Part shown: piece by piece, positions 25,278 to 25,791 of the stretch
Layout: each line of letters begins with the position of its first letter
How positions within the stretch are numbered: the first letter of the stretch is position 1
Virus record (IMG/VR): IMGVR_UViG_3300017782_000194
Span: 1-25,791 of that record
DNA: 25,791 bases
Direction: 5' to 3' (one strand)
From: a virus
Lineage: Duplodnaviria > Caudoviricetes
Notes under the pieces: model-generated
Seen by the model: the letters and a program-made list of their open reading frames with translations, nothing else
What the model was told of the DNA's origin: nothing
The model's database searches: none
Program-made: the position numbers and the translations under genes

Positions 25278-25474
25278 TGGCAAAGTACAAAGGATCACAA
25301 TGTAAAGGTAATTGCGGTGGACATCGAGCCGGAGCAAGATATGCCAGGCGTGGTGGTCGTACTTTAACATACAGTAGTTCAAGTTTTAACAATGGTATGC
25401 GGATTGAACAAGCGGTTATGAAAGCCAAAGGTAAGAGAACTCGTATGTCAATAAATAAAAAAACAAGTAAATAA
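25277..25474 (+). CDS. Small basic protein with a CxxxCxGH motif
   Basis: YKGSQCKGNCGGHRAGARYA...SSSFNNG; TAATG coupling. Confidence 0.7.
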   Translation: MAKYKGSQCKGNCGGHRAGARYARRGGRTLTYSSSSFNNGMRIEQAVMKAKGKRTRMSINKKTSK

Positions 25475-25492
25475 TACAAGAAAGGACCCCCT

Positions 25493-25791
25493 ATGCAAAA
25501 AGAAATAGTGTGGCGACACCCAGATGAGTTAACGCCATATAATAAAAATCCAAGAAGAAACACCAAAGCAGTAAAGCGAGTAGCTGATAGTATTCGAGAG
25601 TTCGGCTTCAATCAACCCATAGTTGTAGATAAAGATGATGTTATTGTAGTAGGACATACACGATGGAAAGCCAGCAAAGAGTTACAATTAACAGAAGTAC
25701 CAGTATTGGCTATGCCGGACGGTATAAGCGATGAAAAAGTACGAGCATATAGAATAGCTGACAACAAGTTGAATGAATTAGCAGGTTGGGA
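25493..25791 (+). CDS. 5' part of the ParB/Srx N-terminal domain protein (continues to 586); not in the ORF track
   Basis: AAAGGA SD; MQKEIVWRHPDELTPYNKNPRRN...VADSIREFGFNQPIVVDKDDVIVVGHTRWKA. Confidence 0.92.
   Translation, partial: MQKEIVWRHPDELTPYNKNPRRNTKAVKRVADSIREFGFNQPIVVDKDDVIVVGHTRWKASKELQLTEVPVLAMPDGISDEKVRAYRIADNKLNELAGW
25669..25791. repeat. Terminal direct repeat, copy 2
   Basis: Identical to 1-123. Confidence 0.97.

Overview
This window is a complete, circularly permuted genome of a small AT-rich siphovirus-like phage (about 25,668 bp; nt 1-123 are repeated exactly at 25669-25791 and one ParB-domain gene runs across the join). All credible genes lie on the + strand. It encodes a full packaging, head and lambda-like tail set: TerS, TerL, portal, scaffold, major capsid, adaptor, tail terminator, tail tube, a frameshifted tail chaperone, tape measure, Dit-like, gpL-like, NlpC/P60, tip and fibre proteins. 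It also carries a ParB-N + GREB1/TAGT-type glycosyltransferase pair and two clusters of small unknown genes behind sigma70-like promoters. I could not recognise any polymerase, primase, helicase, SSB, initiator, integrase, repressor or endolysin. Three further patterns stand out. The T4-type late-promoter word (T)ATAAATA clusters at operon starts although no gp55-like sigma is encoded. Four intergenic regions fold into elaborate non-coding RNA-like structures, one about 250 nt with a pseudoknot and one carrying a 16S anti-Shine-Dalgarno mimic. The site GCWGC appears to be systematically avoided. The main hypothesis (inference) is a virion-autonomous satellite that borrows replication, late transcription and lysis from a T4-like helper phage. 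All family assignments are by eye from motifs and synteny; no database search was run.
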